From positions 1-43,995 of the forward strand of contig CAZVBS010000002.1 of the NCBI GenBank assembly GCA_964625905.1: 43,995 bases of DNA. Reading direction: 5' to 3'. Source of the DNA: an uncultured Candidatus Saccharibacteria bacterium. GTDB taxonomy: Bacteria; Patescibacteriota; Minisyncoccia; Phycocordibacterales; JABMNX01. The position numbers and the translations under genes are program-made. Positions 9,824 to 18,442 of this stretch are shown piece after piece. Numbering within the stretch: position 1 is the first letter of the stretch; every line of letters starts with the position of its first letter. Below the pieces are notes generated by a model, which saw nothing but the letters and a program-made list of their open reading frames with translations, was not told the DNA's origin and did no database searches.

Positions 9824-9849
9824 ACTAAAAGTGTTGTGGATATGTCAAA

Positions 9850-10068
9850 CTATCGAACCACACTATATGTAGCATATACAGCAAGCAATAGAGCTAGTGT
9901 AAAAAATACAGCTCCTACAAAGCATTTTGAACGAAATGGGCTTTGGTGAAGTTCTGTTGAGCATGTATCGCAATTATTTTGCACTACTTCTGCAAATTGG
10001 TACCACGCATAAAGTGTCCCTAGTGTAAGAACACCAGTAAGAAGATATAATATTTGTGTTAATTCCAT
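9850..10068 (-). CDS. small two-TM membrane protein with a CxxC loop (72 aa)
   Basis: Internal Met of track ORF 9850..10227. The ATG at 10068 lies 2 nt after the FKBP stop (10071). Sequence: MELTQILYLLTGVLTLGTLYAWYQFAEVVQNNCDTCSTELHQSPFRSKCFVGAVFFTLALLLAVYATYSVVR. Confidence 0.45.
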   Translation of the reverse strand: MELTQILYLLTGVLTLGTLYAWYQFAEVVQNNCDTCSTELHQSPFRSKCFVGAVFFTLALLLAVYATYSVVR

Positions 10069-10070
10069 AG

Positions 10071-10568
10071 TTATTGAGAATTTGATACTTCTAATAATTC
10101 GACTTCGAAATGTAGTGTTGAGTTTGCTGGAATTACCCCGATAGCACGATTCCCATACGCAAGATTGGCTGGAATAGTTAATTTCCTTTTCCCTCCAACT
10201 TTCATACCAGCTATTCCCAAATCCCATCCTTTTATAACTTGACCAATGCCGAGTATAAAAGAAAATGGCGCACCTCTAGTTATTGAACTATCAAAAACAG
10301 TACCGTCGTCAAGTCTACCTATATAATGTGTAGTAACTTTAAGTCCAGTCACAGCTTCTTCTCCTTGCCCAACAAGAATATCTTGAATAATAAGACCTGA
10401 TCCCTGTACCTGTTCCTGTTCCTGTTCCTGTTTTACTTCACTTATAACACTTTGCTTTTGTGCAGAATTATTAAGTAAAGTGTTTACAATGCCTACCAAT
10501 AATATAATTACAACTACTGTAACAGCTACGGCCACAGCAATATTTTCATTTTGATTTAATTCCTTCAT
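10071..10568 (-). CDS. FKBP-type peptidyl-prolyl cis-trans isomerase with an N-terminal membrane anchor
   Basis: GLKVTTHYIGRLDDGTVFDSS .. VIKGWDLGIAGMKVGGKRKLTIP .. LHFEVELLEV. There is an N-terminal TM helix and an EQEQEQ linker. Confidence 0.85.
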   Translation of the reverse strand: MKELNQNENIAVAVAVTVVVIILLVGIVNTLLNNSAQKQSVISEVKQEQEQEQVQGSGLIIQDILVGQGEEAVTGLKVTTHYIGRLDDGTVFDSSITRGAPFSFILGIGQVIKGWDLGIAGMKVGGKRKLTIPANLAYGNRAIGVIPANSTLHFEVELLEVSNSQ

Positions 10569-10618
10569 AAAAAATAAAATTACTCTTATAAATATTTACA
10601 CTTAAGCGTAGCACTATT

Positions 10619-10812
10619 TTAATACCCTTCGCAACTAACGCTTGAATAAAAGGCTCTGGAAATTTTGGTTTAGGCGATGTTGAGAAAAGTGAAATATTTG
10701 AAAGCGGACGAGCTTTTAAATTTCCTTAATTTTGAGCTTTTCAAAACAAGCATAAAGCAGAATCTCCAAGGTTTGGTATTCAATGGTTAGTTGTGAATGG
10801 TATTAGCACAAA
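10619..10812. repeat. roughly 29-nt imperfect inverted repeats enclosing about 135 nt (candidate structured RNA or MITE-like element)
   Basis: ttaatacccttcgcaactaacgcttgaata (10619-) pairs with tattcaatggttagttgtgaatggtatta (-10812) at about 25 of 29 positions. Further inner complementarity exists (ggctc/gagc, ggaaattt/aaatttcc). There is no ORF. Confidence 0.35.
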
Positions 10813-10817
10813 TAAAC

Positions 10818-11657
10818 TTATATATTCTGTTTTACAAGAACCATTGCACCATATAATCCTCCAAGTGCTCCTAATTCTGCAAGCTTTATCTCTGGAAGTT
10901 CTGGAAATATCTTTAATATACCCTTTAAACACTGTATTGTGTGATCAAGTGGAATTCTAGGGTCACCAACCATCATAGAACCACCAAGCACAACAACATC
11001 TGGCGACCAATGCACTATTGTATTATTTAATCCATATGCGAGATATTTTGCATATGTATCCCAAAATTCTTCATCTTTTATATCATAAGGCTTTTTTCCT
11101 GTTCGTTTTTCTGTAGCTCGTCCTGATATATAACTTCCAAGAGTTAAACCATCACAATCTGGGCAAAGAGATTTTCCTGCATCGATAATTTGTTGACCTG
11201 GTTCAAAACCAATAACTTTTTTATCAATAAACCCATCGATGAATCTTGCTCCGCCAACACCTGTACTTACAGTAATATATGCACCTATTCCATCTTTTCT
11301 ACCTGTTCCATAATGCATCTCTCCCAAACCAACAACAGCTGAATCATTTTCAATATACGCAGGAACATCAAATTCGTTATTAAGAGAATCACATAGAGAA
11401 TTTCCAATCCAGCCTTTTAGATTTGGACTCCCTAATAAACTACAAACACCTTCTCCGAAAGGGCCTGCTATACCACCACCAATTATTTCTACCTTTTCAC
11501 CAGTTGATATTATTTTTATCTTTTCTTTAAGTACTCTCATCCCTTCTTCAAAATCAATAGGTGTGTCTGTAACAATTGGATCACCAACGAATTTCTCTAG
11601 ATCGCGACTTCCAGCGATACGCATTTTTGTTCCTCCGATATCAAAAAAAATATACAT
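10818..11657 (-). CDS. ROK-family sugar kinase (glucokinase-like)
   Basis: N-terminal FFDIGGTKMRIAG, then ENDSAVVGLGE and TVSTGVGGA, the ASKHA/ROK pattern. Confidence 0.75.
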   Translation of the reverse strand: MYIFFDIGGTKMRIAGSRDLEKFVGDPIVTDTPIDFEEGMRVLKEKIKIISTGEKVEIIGGGIAGPFGEGVCSLLGSPNLKGWIGNSLCDSLNNEFDVPAYIENDSAVVGLGEMHYGTGRKDGIGAYITVSTGVGGARFIDGFIDKKVIGFEPGQQIIDAGKSLCPDCDGLTLGSYISGRATEKRTGKKPYDIKDEEFWDTYAKYLAYGLNNTIVHWSPDVVVLGGSMMVGDPRIPLDHTIQCLKGILKIFPELPEIKLAELGALGGLYGAMVLVKQNI

Positions 11658-11662
11658 GATTA

Positions 11663-12607
11663 CTATTCTACTATTGGTTTTATTACTTGATTAAATATTT
11701 CCGATGCGTCTTTTGTATATTCTACAATACTTTCTTTAAAATATGCAGGATGTGCTTCTTGTATTTTTCCTATGACAAAATATCCAACTGATAACATCTC
11801 TCCATACATAGATTTTTCTCTTAATGGTATATGTATATGATTTTCATTATATAACTTTACATCTGACAAGGCAGAGAAATCAATATGTAATTCTTTTTTA
11901 GATTTGATTATAGTTTTTGCATGTTTTACTTCTTCACTTGTAAAAACCCTACCTGAAATATTCCCACCAAACAATTCATCAAACTTTGTACGTAACATAC
12001 TACGTATCTCATCGAACTCTGAAGGAACTATGAGAACAAAAGATGAATACTTACCAAGATCATTTGGTATTAGTTTTTTTATACTATCTATATGTGTATA
12101 AATATCTTTAGGGTCTTCTTTAGTTTGTGAAAGAATCATTGAAAGATAAGTAGACGTATTGTACGTATATGGTTCACGGTTCTTAGGAAAAACAATAACA
12201 TTATCTTTATCAACAAACTCTTTTGCTAAAGCGTCTTTATTATTAGTTAAAAGCCATAGTGGTAGGTTTGTGTTATTTTTTGTAATCTTTCTAGCAATAT
12301 TTACAGCATGTTTTCCTCCTGAAGCAGAAATAATCACAACACAATCTATATCAGTAAAAGCTTTTAGATTTTCATCAAAATCACCTGCTTCAGAATATCT
12401 AGCTAATGTATTGTTAAAAAGTATCCTTCCAGTAGCACTAGCATTACCACTACCAACAACAAGTGGTTTTTTACATAAGTTGTCTATTTTTAATGTTGTT
12501 AATCTTTCTTTTGAGAAATACTCTAGAGCTCCAAGTACAACTACATCTAAATTAGGTAACGAATGAATATTAAATGTCTCTAATATTTTTAAATTGTCAT
12601 ATCTCAT
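11663..12607 (-). CDS. SIS-domain-like sugar-phosphate isomerase candidate
   Basis: PLVVGSGNASATG and VIISASGGKHAVNIA resemble the SIS phosphosugar-binding pattern. The gene sits 5 nt upstream of the ROK kinase. Assignment is tentative. Confidence 0.4.
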   Translation of the reverse strand: MRYDNLKILETFNIHSLPNLDVVVLGALEYFSKERLTTLKIDNLCKKPLVVGSGNASATGRILFNNTLARYSEAGDFDENLKAFTDIDCVVIISASGGKHAVNIARKITKNNTNLPLWLLTNNKDALAKEFVDKDNVIVFPKNREPYTYNTSTYLSMILSQTKEDPKDIYTHIDSIKKLIPNDLGKYSSFVLIVPSEFDEIRSMLRTKFDELFGGNISGRVFTSEEVKHAKTIIKSKKELHIDFSALSDVKLYNENHIHIPLREKSMYGEMLSVGYFVIGKIQEAHPAYFKESIVEYTKDASEIFNQVIKPIVE

Positions 12608-12748
12608 AAATTACGATATTAATAAGACATATGTTATAGAAATAGCTATAAGTATGATTAAGGTTTGTTTATCTTTATCCATATTATAAGTATACCCCAC
12701 ACTAAGATTTACATAATGTTTCTGTTGTATATTTTAATCTAATTGGTG

Positions 12749-13759
12749 TTATTGCTCTTTTAATGATTCTTCATCAAAAAGCTCCTTAGCTCTAAGCCAG
12801 AAAGAATCTTCCCCATGTTCCTTTAGCCAATACCACCACTCTGCCCCCCAAAGATATTGGGTGTCAAACCTTGTTTCTTTAGCAAACTCAATAATTTCTT
12901 CAAATTTTTCTATATCCATACGCTCTAACTGTGTCTCTATTGGTGTATCCACAATTCCTTGCATAAGCCATGGTTCAGCTGAAAGTTCTATTAAAAATGT
13001 TTGTTTCCTCCCGTATATCATGCGCATTAGATTGTTTTTCGCTCGATAAAAGGAAGGTGGTAGGATAGATTTAAATTGGCCAACTTCAGCATTCCAGAAA
13101 TATATGTACACACTTGTACCAAATGCATCCCCTGCTTTATACGCGCCTGCCCACTTACCTAGATTACCACTGTCTGTTATCAAAATTGGTCGAGAGTCAT
13201 CAAGTTCTTTAACAAGGGCTATTTCTTCTGCAAGAAATTCCTTATCTAGCTCTCCACATTCTTCGGTAGCAAAAATCTCTAAAAATGGCTCGTTCTCTAC
13301 TTGCCAATATGTAATAGAGGTGCTTCCTTTATATCTCTCTACTACTTCTGTAATCATCTCTTTTATTTCTACCTTTTGCTCCTCCCACGAAAGCTCTCGT
13401 GCCCAATCTGGTACATGGCACTCTGGCCAACGTGGAAGCCTCCTCCCTACTCCAAGTATTACATCTACACCACGTCTCTCTGCCTCCCGAATCTGGAAAT
13501 CAAGCTCCCTGAAATTAAATGTATCTTTAATAGGCTCTACCATGGTCCAGTGAGCAGAAAGGCGAAGTCTTTTCACGCCTAACTCGTCAAGGATTGATAT
13601 GTAGACTTTTTTTGGATCAAGTCCAAGCTCTTGAACATACAGATCGTTGTATGATACGCCATATTTAATTTCTTTAGGTTTGTCACTTATTGTAAGCAAC
13701 AACATTAAAAACAATATCAATATAATGCTTATAAAAAAATATGTAATTATTTTGCGCAC
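12749..13759 (-). CDS. membrane-anchored clan GH-A (TIM-barrel) glycoside hydrolase
   Basis: An N-terminal TM helix, then LRLSAHWTMVEP..FNFRELDFQIREAERRGVDVIL and WQVENEP (an NEP acid/base motif). Confidence 0.55.
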   Translation of the reverse strand: MRKIITYFFISIILILFLMLLLTISDKPKEIKYGVSYNDLYVQELGLDPKKVYISILDELGVKRLRLSAHWTMVEPIKDTFNFRELDFQIREAERRGVDVILGVGRRLPRWPECHVPDWARELSWEEQKVEIKEMITEVVERYKGSTSITYWQVENEPFLEIFATEECGELDKEFLAEEIALVKELDDSRPILITDSGNLGKWAGAYKAGDAFGTSVYIYFWNAEVGQFKSILPPSFYRAKNNLMRMIYGRKQTFLIELSAEPWLMQGIVDTPIETQLERMDIEKFEEIIEFAKETRFDTQYLWGAEWWYWLKEHGEDSFWLRAKELFDEESLKEQ

Positions 13760-13787
13760 GATTTTAAATTCTTTACTATATACTTAC

Positions 13788-14714
13788 TTATAAAAACAAA
13801 AACAAAAAACCAATCACTATAATACTAATAGCAATAGTTTTTTGTTTTTTATTTCGTCCAATTTGGTTCTCTCCACATGCTGGAGGAAGAAATCGTCCTA
13901 CGGTCAAACTTATTATAAGCAAGAATACAAACTGAATACCCCCTAGAGCTTGGACTAACGCAACATTACTTAAGTCCACAGCTTTAAGTAGCAGGAATCC
14001 TGCTACTCCGGCCATAATTTTATTAAATATAATAAGAGTATTACTTTTTCCTGACGTGCCAACATAGCACTCCCTACAGAAACTCCATCCTGGGATAAAT
14101 AATATTACAGCTACAACCACGATACCCATTCGCGACCAGAAAAAAGCATTGTCAAATGAAGTTACTCCAAATAATAATTTTAGTGAAATAAAATGAATGG
14201 CGAAAAAAAGACCAGACATAACAGTAACAAGGAGTACTCCCTTTCTAAACCTGTAATGAGAAAGAATCAATGATCCTAACGTCAATAAGATAATCCCTAT
14301 AAAAAAAGGACCACTGAGCCTAGTCCCTAATATGTAAAACCCCATCGGTATAGCAAAAAGGGCTGACGTTGACCCAACAACAGGTATAACATCCGACGCA
14401 TCTGTTCCACGAAGTGCAGTGAACAACGACCATAGTGCAAAGAATAAAGAAGCTCCTGAAGCAATAGATAGCATTAAAACAGTTGTCGTGGGAAACGCAA
14501 TATTCTTAACTGACGGAATACTTAATTCAGGTATAGGTATAGGTATAAAACTGAAAAAAAATACGAAAACAGATAGAGCAGATAGAATACTAACAAAAAA
14601 CGCGTAGTACAAAGGATTTGGAACCTTTTTAGTACTAACTATATATTTATCGATGAGAGCTACTATTGCGTTTAAAAACTGAGCAATAACAACTATTATA
14701 ATTGCTAAGGACAT
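13788..14714 (-). CDS. polytopic membrane protein, DMT/EamA-like transporter candidate
   Basis: About 10 hydrophobic segments in 308 aa arranged as two similar halves. No catalytic motif. Confidence 0.45.
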   Translation of the reverse strand: MSLAIIIVVIAQFLNAIVALIDKYIVSTKKVPNPLYYAFFVSILSALSVFVFFFSFIPIPIPELSIPSVKNIAFPTTTVLMLSIASGASLFFALWSLFTALRGTDASDVIPVVGSTSALFAIPMGFYILGTRLSGPFFIGIILLTLGSLILSHYRFRKGVLLVTVMSGLFFAIHFISLKLLFGVTSFDNAFFWSRMGIVVVAVILFIPGWSFCRECYVGTSGKSNTLIIFNKIMAGVAGFLLLKAVDLSNVALVQALGGIQFVFLLIISLTVGRFLPPACGENQIGRNKKQKTIAISIIVIGFLFLFL

Positions 14715-14719
14715 ATACT

Positions 14720-15979
14720 CTAAAAGTCTAACATGTTACTCTCACAGATATTCTTGTATTTATACGCAGATGGACGTATCTTTCTTTCTTTAGTTTTATA
14801 ATCAACTTCAACCAATCCAAATCGTGGCCAAAACCCTTTATCCCACTCAAAATTATCAAGCAGTGACCAATGTAGATATCCGCGAACATCAGCCCCATCT
14901 GAGATTGCTTTGTGTAAATGTTTAAGTGATTCTAATATAAACCACTCTCGTCTTGAGTCGTCAACATCTGCCAGACCATGTTCTGTAACATAAATAGGAA
15001 GTTTATATTTCTTTAACTCAGATGCCATTTTGCCTAGAGATTCTGGGTATAACTCCCATCCTAAATCAGAAATCTTTTTGTTTTCATTTTTATTGAACCC
15101 GTAATCAATGCGATTGTGATGATAGTGATTTAGTGTTATTACGTCTTGATATCCTTTGATTTGTTTTAAGAACCAATCGTTCCACCACCAATCGGAAATT
15201 GCCTTTAAAAACCTATTGACTACTTTGTTTTTATACGCTTCAAAATATACGTTGTGCTTAGCTACACATACACATGCTCGTGTGTTATTTTTTTTTATTA
15301 CTACATATGCCGATTTATGAGCTTTAACCAGATTACGAATCACCCTACGGTACGCAATATAACTCTTCTTTTGAGGTGGCCACACACCTTTAAGATAAGA
15401 AAGAGTAGAAAATACCTCTGGTTCGTTTAGTGTTATCCAAAATGTTATATCACTACCAAGAGTCTCAGAAATTTTACGGGTATATTTTTCAAAATATGTA
15501 TCAATGTCTTTATTCTCCCATCCACCCTTTTTTTCTAACCATAGAGGGAGAGGCCAATGCCACAGTGTTACAAAAGGTTCTATATCTCGCTCGCGTAGTG
15601 CGTGCAATACGCTATGGTAGTGCTCTATCTCATCTTCATCAAACTTCCCTTCTTCTGGTTCTATACGTGACCATTCAATAGAAAAACGGTGCGCATTATG
15701 TCCGAGGTCTTTTGCAATATCAAAATCTTCTTTAAATCTATTATAGTGATCCGAAGTGTCACCAGATATGTAATTCTCTGGTTTAACCATTTCTGGGAAT
15801 TTATTCACGTCGCGAGATTCCCACTTTTTCCATACATCCGTCCCCTCCTTAGCTTCACCCGCCAATCTCTCTGCGTTTTCTTTCTCCCACTTACTCCAAC
15901 TATTGTGATTACTACCCTCAACCTGATGAGCAGATGTTGACGCTCCCCAATAGAACTCTTTAGGAAATGTTAGTTTCAT
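14720..15979 (-). CDS. GH1 beta-glucosidase
   Basis: FPKEFYWGASTSAHQVEG, acid/base WITLNEP and nucleophile YVTEHG. Confidence 0.9.
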   Translation of the reverse strand: MKLTFPKEFYWGASTSAHQVEGSNHNSWSKWEKENAERLAGEAKEGTDVWKKWESRDVNKFPEMVKPENYISGDTSDHYNRFKEDFDIAKDLGHNAHRFSIEWSRIEPEEGKFDEDEIEHYHSVLHALRERDIEPFVTLWHWPLPLWLEKKGGWENKDIDTYFEKYTRKISETLGSDITFWITLNEPEVFSTLSYLKGVWPPQKKSYIAYRRVIRNLVKAHKSAYVVIKKNNTRACVCVAKHNVYFEAYKNKVVNRFLKAISDWWWNDWFLKQIKGYQDVITLNHYHHNRIDYGFNKNENKKISDLGWELYPESLGKMASELKKYKLPIYVTEHGLADVDDSRREWFILESLKHLHKAISDGADVRGYLHWSLLDNFEWDKGFWPRFGLVEVDYKTKERKIRPSAYKYKNICESNMLDF

Positions 15980-16142
15980 CCCGTTAGAAATAAGACACAG
16001 AAACGTATGTCGTTCTGTATCTTATTAGATTACAATTTATAATATCGATTTTCATATCCTTCAAGATTGCGTGTCTGTGATTTCTAATGGAATTCATATA
16101 GATAGTATATCAATAATTATTAAAAATGTATTTGTGTTTATG

Positions 16143-16919
16143 TCACATACCTTGCCGAGATTCTCTTTCATCTAAATGAGCCTTATCTGTCCTGTACTTT
16201 AAATATTTAAATGGTTTAGGTGTACCTGCTTCAGACCAGTGTTCAATTTGTTTGAACCACTGAGAAAAATTTAGGTAATGTGAATGATGTACAGAAAACA
16301 GTTTATCTTTTATAGCAACAAATCCACGTCTAAACCAATAGCCAGCCCACTCTCCATCCTCACCTCCTCCGCCATATTCTTCACTAAAGTTATGCTTTAG
16401 CCACAAATCTTTTCTAACTATTGCATTAGTAAATCCCAAGACTCCCATACATCCACCTTTAATAATTTGATACTTTTTAGGAAAAGAATGTATAACCCAT
16501 TTAATATATGAAATGGAAGTAAAAACCTTATCCCACAGAGTCCCATCTGGCATGGCTTTTACTGGACCATACACCCCCATAAGATTATTCGTTTCAGAAA
16601 AATTTCGGATACCATTCTCTAGCCACATATCAGAGATCGGAAGCGAGTGTGCAGATAAAAGCACTAAATACTTTTCTCCTATAGAATTTTTCACCCCTAT
16701 ATTCAATGCATAAGGAAACGTGAATTCTTCAGGTTTTATCTTTACAACTGTCACAGGAAACTTCGATATAATAGAAAGCGTGCCATCAGTTGAACTAGAA
16801 TCAACCACTACCACTTCAAAATCCTTATATGTTTGTCTATAAATCTTTTCCAACACCCTCTTTATCCACCGCTCCTCATTGCGAGTGCGAATAATTATAG
16901 ACGTTTCTGGGGAATTCAT
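16143..16919 (-). CDS. family 2 glycosyltransferase
   Basis: SIIIRTRNEERWIKRVLEKIYRQTYKDFEVVVVDSSSTDGT is a GT-A N-terminus with the DxS/D motif. Confidence 0.8.
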   Translation of the reverse strand: MNSPETSIIIRTRNEERWIKRVLEKIYRQTYKDFEVVVVDSSSTDGTLSIISKFPVTVVKIKPEEFTFPYALNIGVKNSIGEKYLVLLSAHSLPISDMWLENGIRNFSETNNLMGVYGPVKAMPDGTLWDKVFTSISYIKWVIHSFPKKYQIIKGGCMGVLGFTNAIVRKDLWLKHNFSEEYGGGGEDGEWAGYWFRRGFVAIKDKLFSVHHSHYLNFSQWFKQIEHWSEAGTPKPFKYLKYRTDKAHLDERESRQGM

Positions 16920-16987
16920 TCTTCTAGTATATCAAAATAAGCCACGAAAAATGCCACAAGCACTTATGGTATTTTTTATAGATTGTA

Positions 16988-17527
16988 TTAGTCCCTTTTT
17001 GAACTTCCTACTATCATCATAATCACAATAATGAATGCAAAGATTGTAAAAGACATTAATGGAAATGTAATATATCCAAACTCAAATAAAATCCGTTTTG
17101 CGCAATCTGCGCCAGCCCCAACTGCTGGGCATCCAACTACTTCAGTACCTCCCATTTGTAGATAATGTTGATATAGAGCAACAACAGCACCAAAAACAGA
17201 TAGCGATATAAGATAGTCTGAAATAATAAACCCTTGTTTTTTTATAAGCGCAATTCCTGCCAAAAGAAGTTGTGGGTACAAAGCTACGCGTTGCAACCAA
17301 CACAAACCACAAGGAACAAATCCAAATATCTCAGAATACAGGAGACTGAAAGATACTCCACTTAGTGTCAATAAAAACACTATATGTATTCCATATTTTC
17401 CTAAAATACTAAGAATTGGAGAATCTTTTTTAAAGAAAAATAATACAAGAAGCACAACAGTCGCTACCTGCATAAACAACACTCCGAGCGCTAAAAGAAA
17501 ATTAAGTTGTCCTACTATTTCTAACAT
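16988..17527 (-). CDS. DsbB/BdbC-family disulfide oxidoreductase
   Basis: FVPCGLCWLQRVALYP matches the BdbC-type PCxLCWxQRxxxYP. A second Cys pair is GCPAVGAGADC. About 5 TM segments. Confidence 0.75.
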   Translation of the reverse strand: MLEIVGQLNFLLALGVLFMQVATVVLLVLFFFKKDSPILSILGKYGIHIVFLLTLSGVSFSLLYSEIFGFVPCGLCWLQRVALYPQLLLAGIALIKKQGFIISDYLISLSVFGAVVALYQHYLQMGGTEVVGCPAVGAGADCAKRILFEFGYITFPLMSFTIFAFIIVIMMIVGSSKRD

Positions 17528-17542
17528 ATTTTTTGTGTAAAT

Positions 17543-17917
17543 TTATTTTGTAATTTCGCATCCTGTCTTTTCTGACAAAGTCTTAAAAGAAAGCACTCCG
17601 AGTAGTCTACTACCATCTGCAAACTCCCATGTTGGGTAAGCTTCTATATCAGCATCAGTACAGACTTGTAGTTGCCCTTGTCCATTTGGAGTTGAACACT
17701 CAATATAATTTATAAACTTCTTAGATTTTCCAAACAAGTCATTTTGTTTCTGGCAATTAGAACACCAAAAAGCACCGAAATATTTTGTACCATTGTCTGT
17801 TAAACACTGTGCAAATTCGTCATACTGCCCTGGTGTTACTGCGTCATTATAGTAATACCATGAAAATAACAACACTATCACTATAATCACTCCAATTATT
17901 ATATTTTTAGTTTTCAT
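17543..17917 (-). CDS. membrane-anchored exported thioredoxin-like protein (the type normally fused to VKOR)
   Basis: An N-terminal TM helix, then YFGAFWCSNCQKQNDLFG .. YIEC .. VC .. IEAYPTWEF. This is the pattern of the Trx domain of cyanobacterial VKOR-Trx fusions. Confidence 0.7.
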   Translation of the reverse strand: MKTKNIIIGVIIVIVLLFSWYYYNDAVTPGQYDEFAQCLTDNGTKYFGAFWCSNCQKQNDLFGKSKKFINYIECSTPNGQGQLQVCTDADIEAYPTWEFADGSRLLGVLSFKTLSEKTGCEITK

Positions 17918-17945
17918 TTTCTGTTTTCTTATTTTTTATAAATTA

Positions 17946-18431
17946 TTAAGGAATAATACAAAACGCAGGATCGGCACAGTCTATTCCAGCGAAAGTACCA
18001 TCTATGTCTATACCAAGAGCTTCTTGTTCTGATTGTTCTAGTACTGCTTTTAGAAGATATCCAGAGCATAGTCCTGATGAGCATGCAGTACCATTAAAAT
18101 TTGTACCTTGATATGAATAAGAATAAACGCTTTTATTTAGAGGGTCCACAGGTATAGCTCCTATATAATTTCCATCTGTAAGAACTATAAATGTGTCTCC
18201 TGGAGGATATAACCCGCTTTTGTCGACACTATATAACTCCAGAGCATTTTTTATTTGTCTAAGATCTTCAAAACGTCGACTATCACGACTTTTTTCTCTT
18301 GCATCACTAAGTATAACCATACTAATACTAGTAAGGAATCCAATAATAGCAACTACTACTAAAAGTTCAATCAAAGTAAATCCAGCATAATATGAACTTT
18401 TTTCTCTTGTCCTTTCCATTATTGTATACAT
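17946..18431 (-). CDS. type IV pilin-like protein (prepilin N-terminal methylation motif)
   Basis: ..YYAG/FTLIELLVVVAIIGFL is a class III signal. The C-terminal globular part has 4 Cys (CSSGLC, DCADPAFC). Confidence 0.75.
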   Translation of the reverse strand: MYTIMERTREKSSYYAGFTLIELLVVVAIIGFLTSISMVILSDAREKSRDSRRFEDLRQIKNALELYSVDKSGLYPPGDTFIVLTDGNYIGAIPVDPLNKSVYSYSYQGTNFNGTACSSGLCSGYLLKAVLEQSEQEALGIDIDGTFAGIDCADPAFCIIP

Positions 18432-18442
18432 CTTATATTAAC

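Noticed and set aside
9835-9843. DnaA-box-like 9-mer (ttgtggata; reverse complement TATCCACAA) between tgt and the upstream gene.
   Set aside because: It is a single imperfect copy with no cluster and no adjacent AT-rich unwinding region distinct from the background. It is not evidence for an origin.
9850-10227. Long version of the ORF overlapping the FKBP gene by 157 nt.
   Set aside because: The N-terminal 53 codons overlap the well-supported FKBP C-terminus in another frame. An internal ATG 2 nt after the FKBP stop gives a clean two-TM protein.
10405-10440. Tandem hexanucleotide repeat (cctgtt)x3-4. Checked as a possible CRISPR, VNTR or phase-variation signal.
   Set aside because: It is in frame inside the FKBP gene and encodes an EQEQEQ linker. 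The unit length is a multiple of 3, so slippage would not switch the gene off. There is no spacer-repeat architecture anywhere in the window.
12611-12682. 23-codon hydrophobic mini-ORF (MDKDKQTLIILIAISITYVLLIS) in the spacer between the GH-A hydrolase gene and the SIS-like gene.
   Set aside because: It is too short, has no RBS or promoter evidence, and is easily generated by chance in AT-rich sequence.
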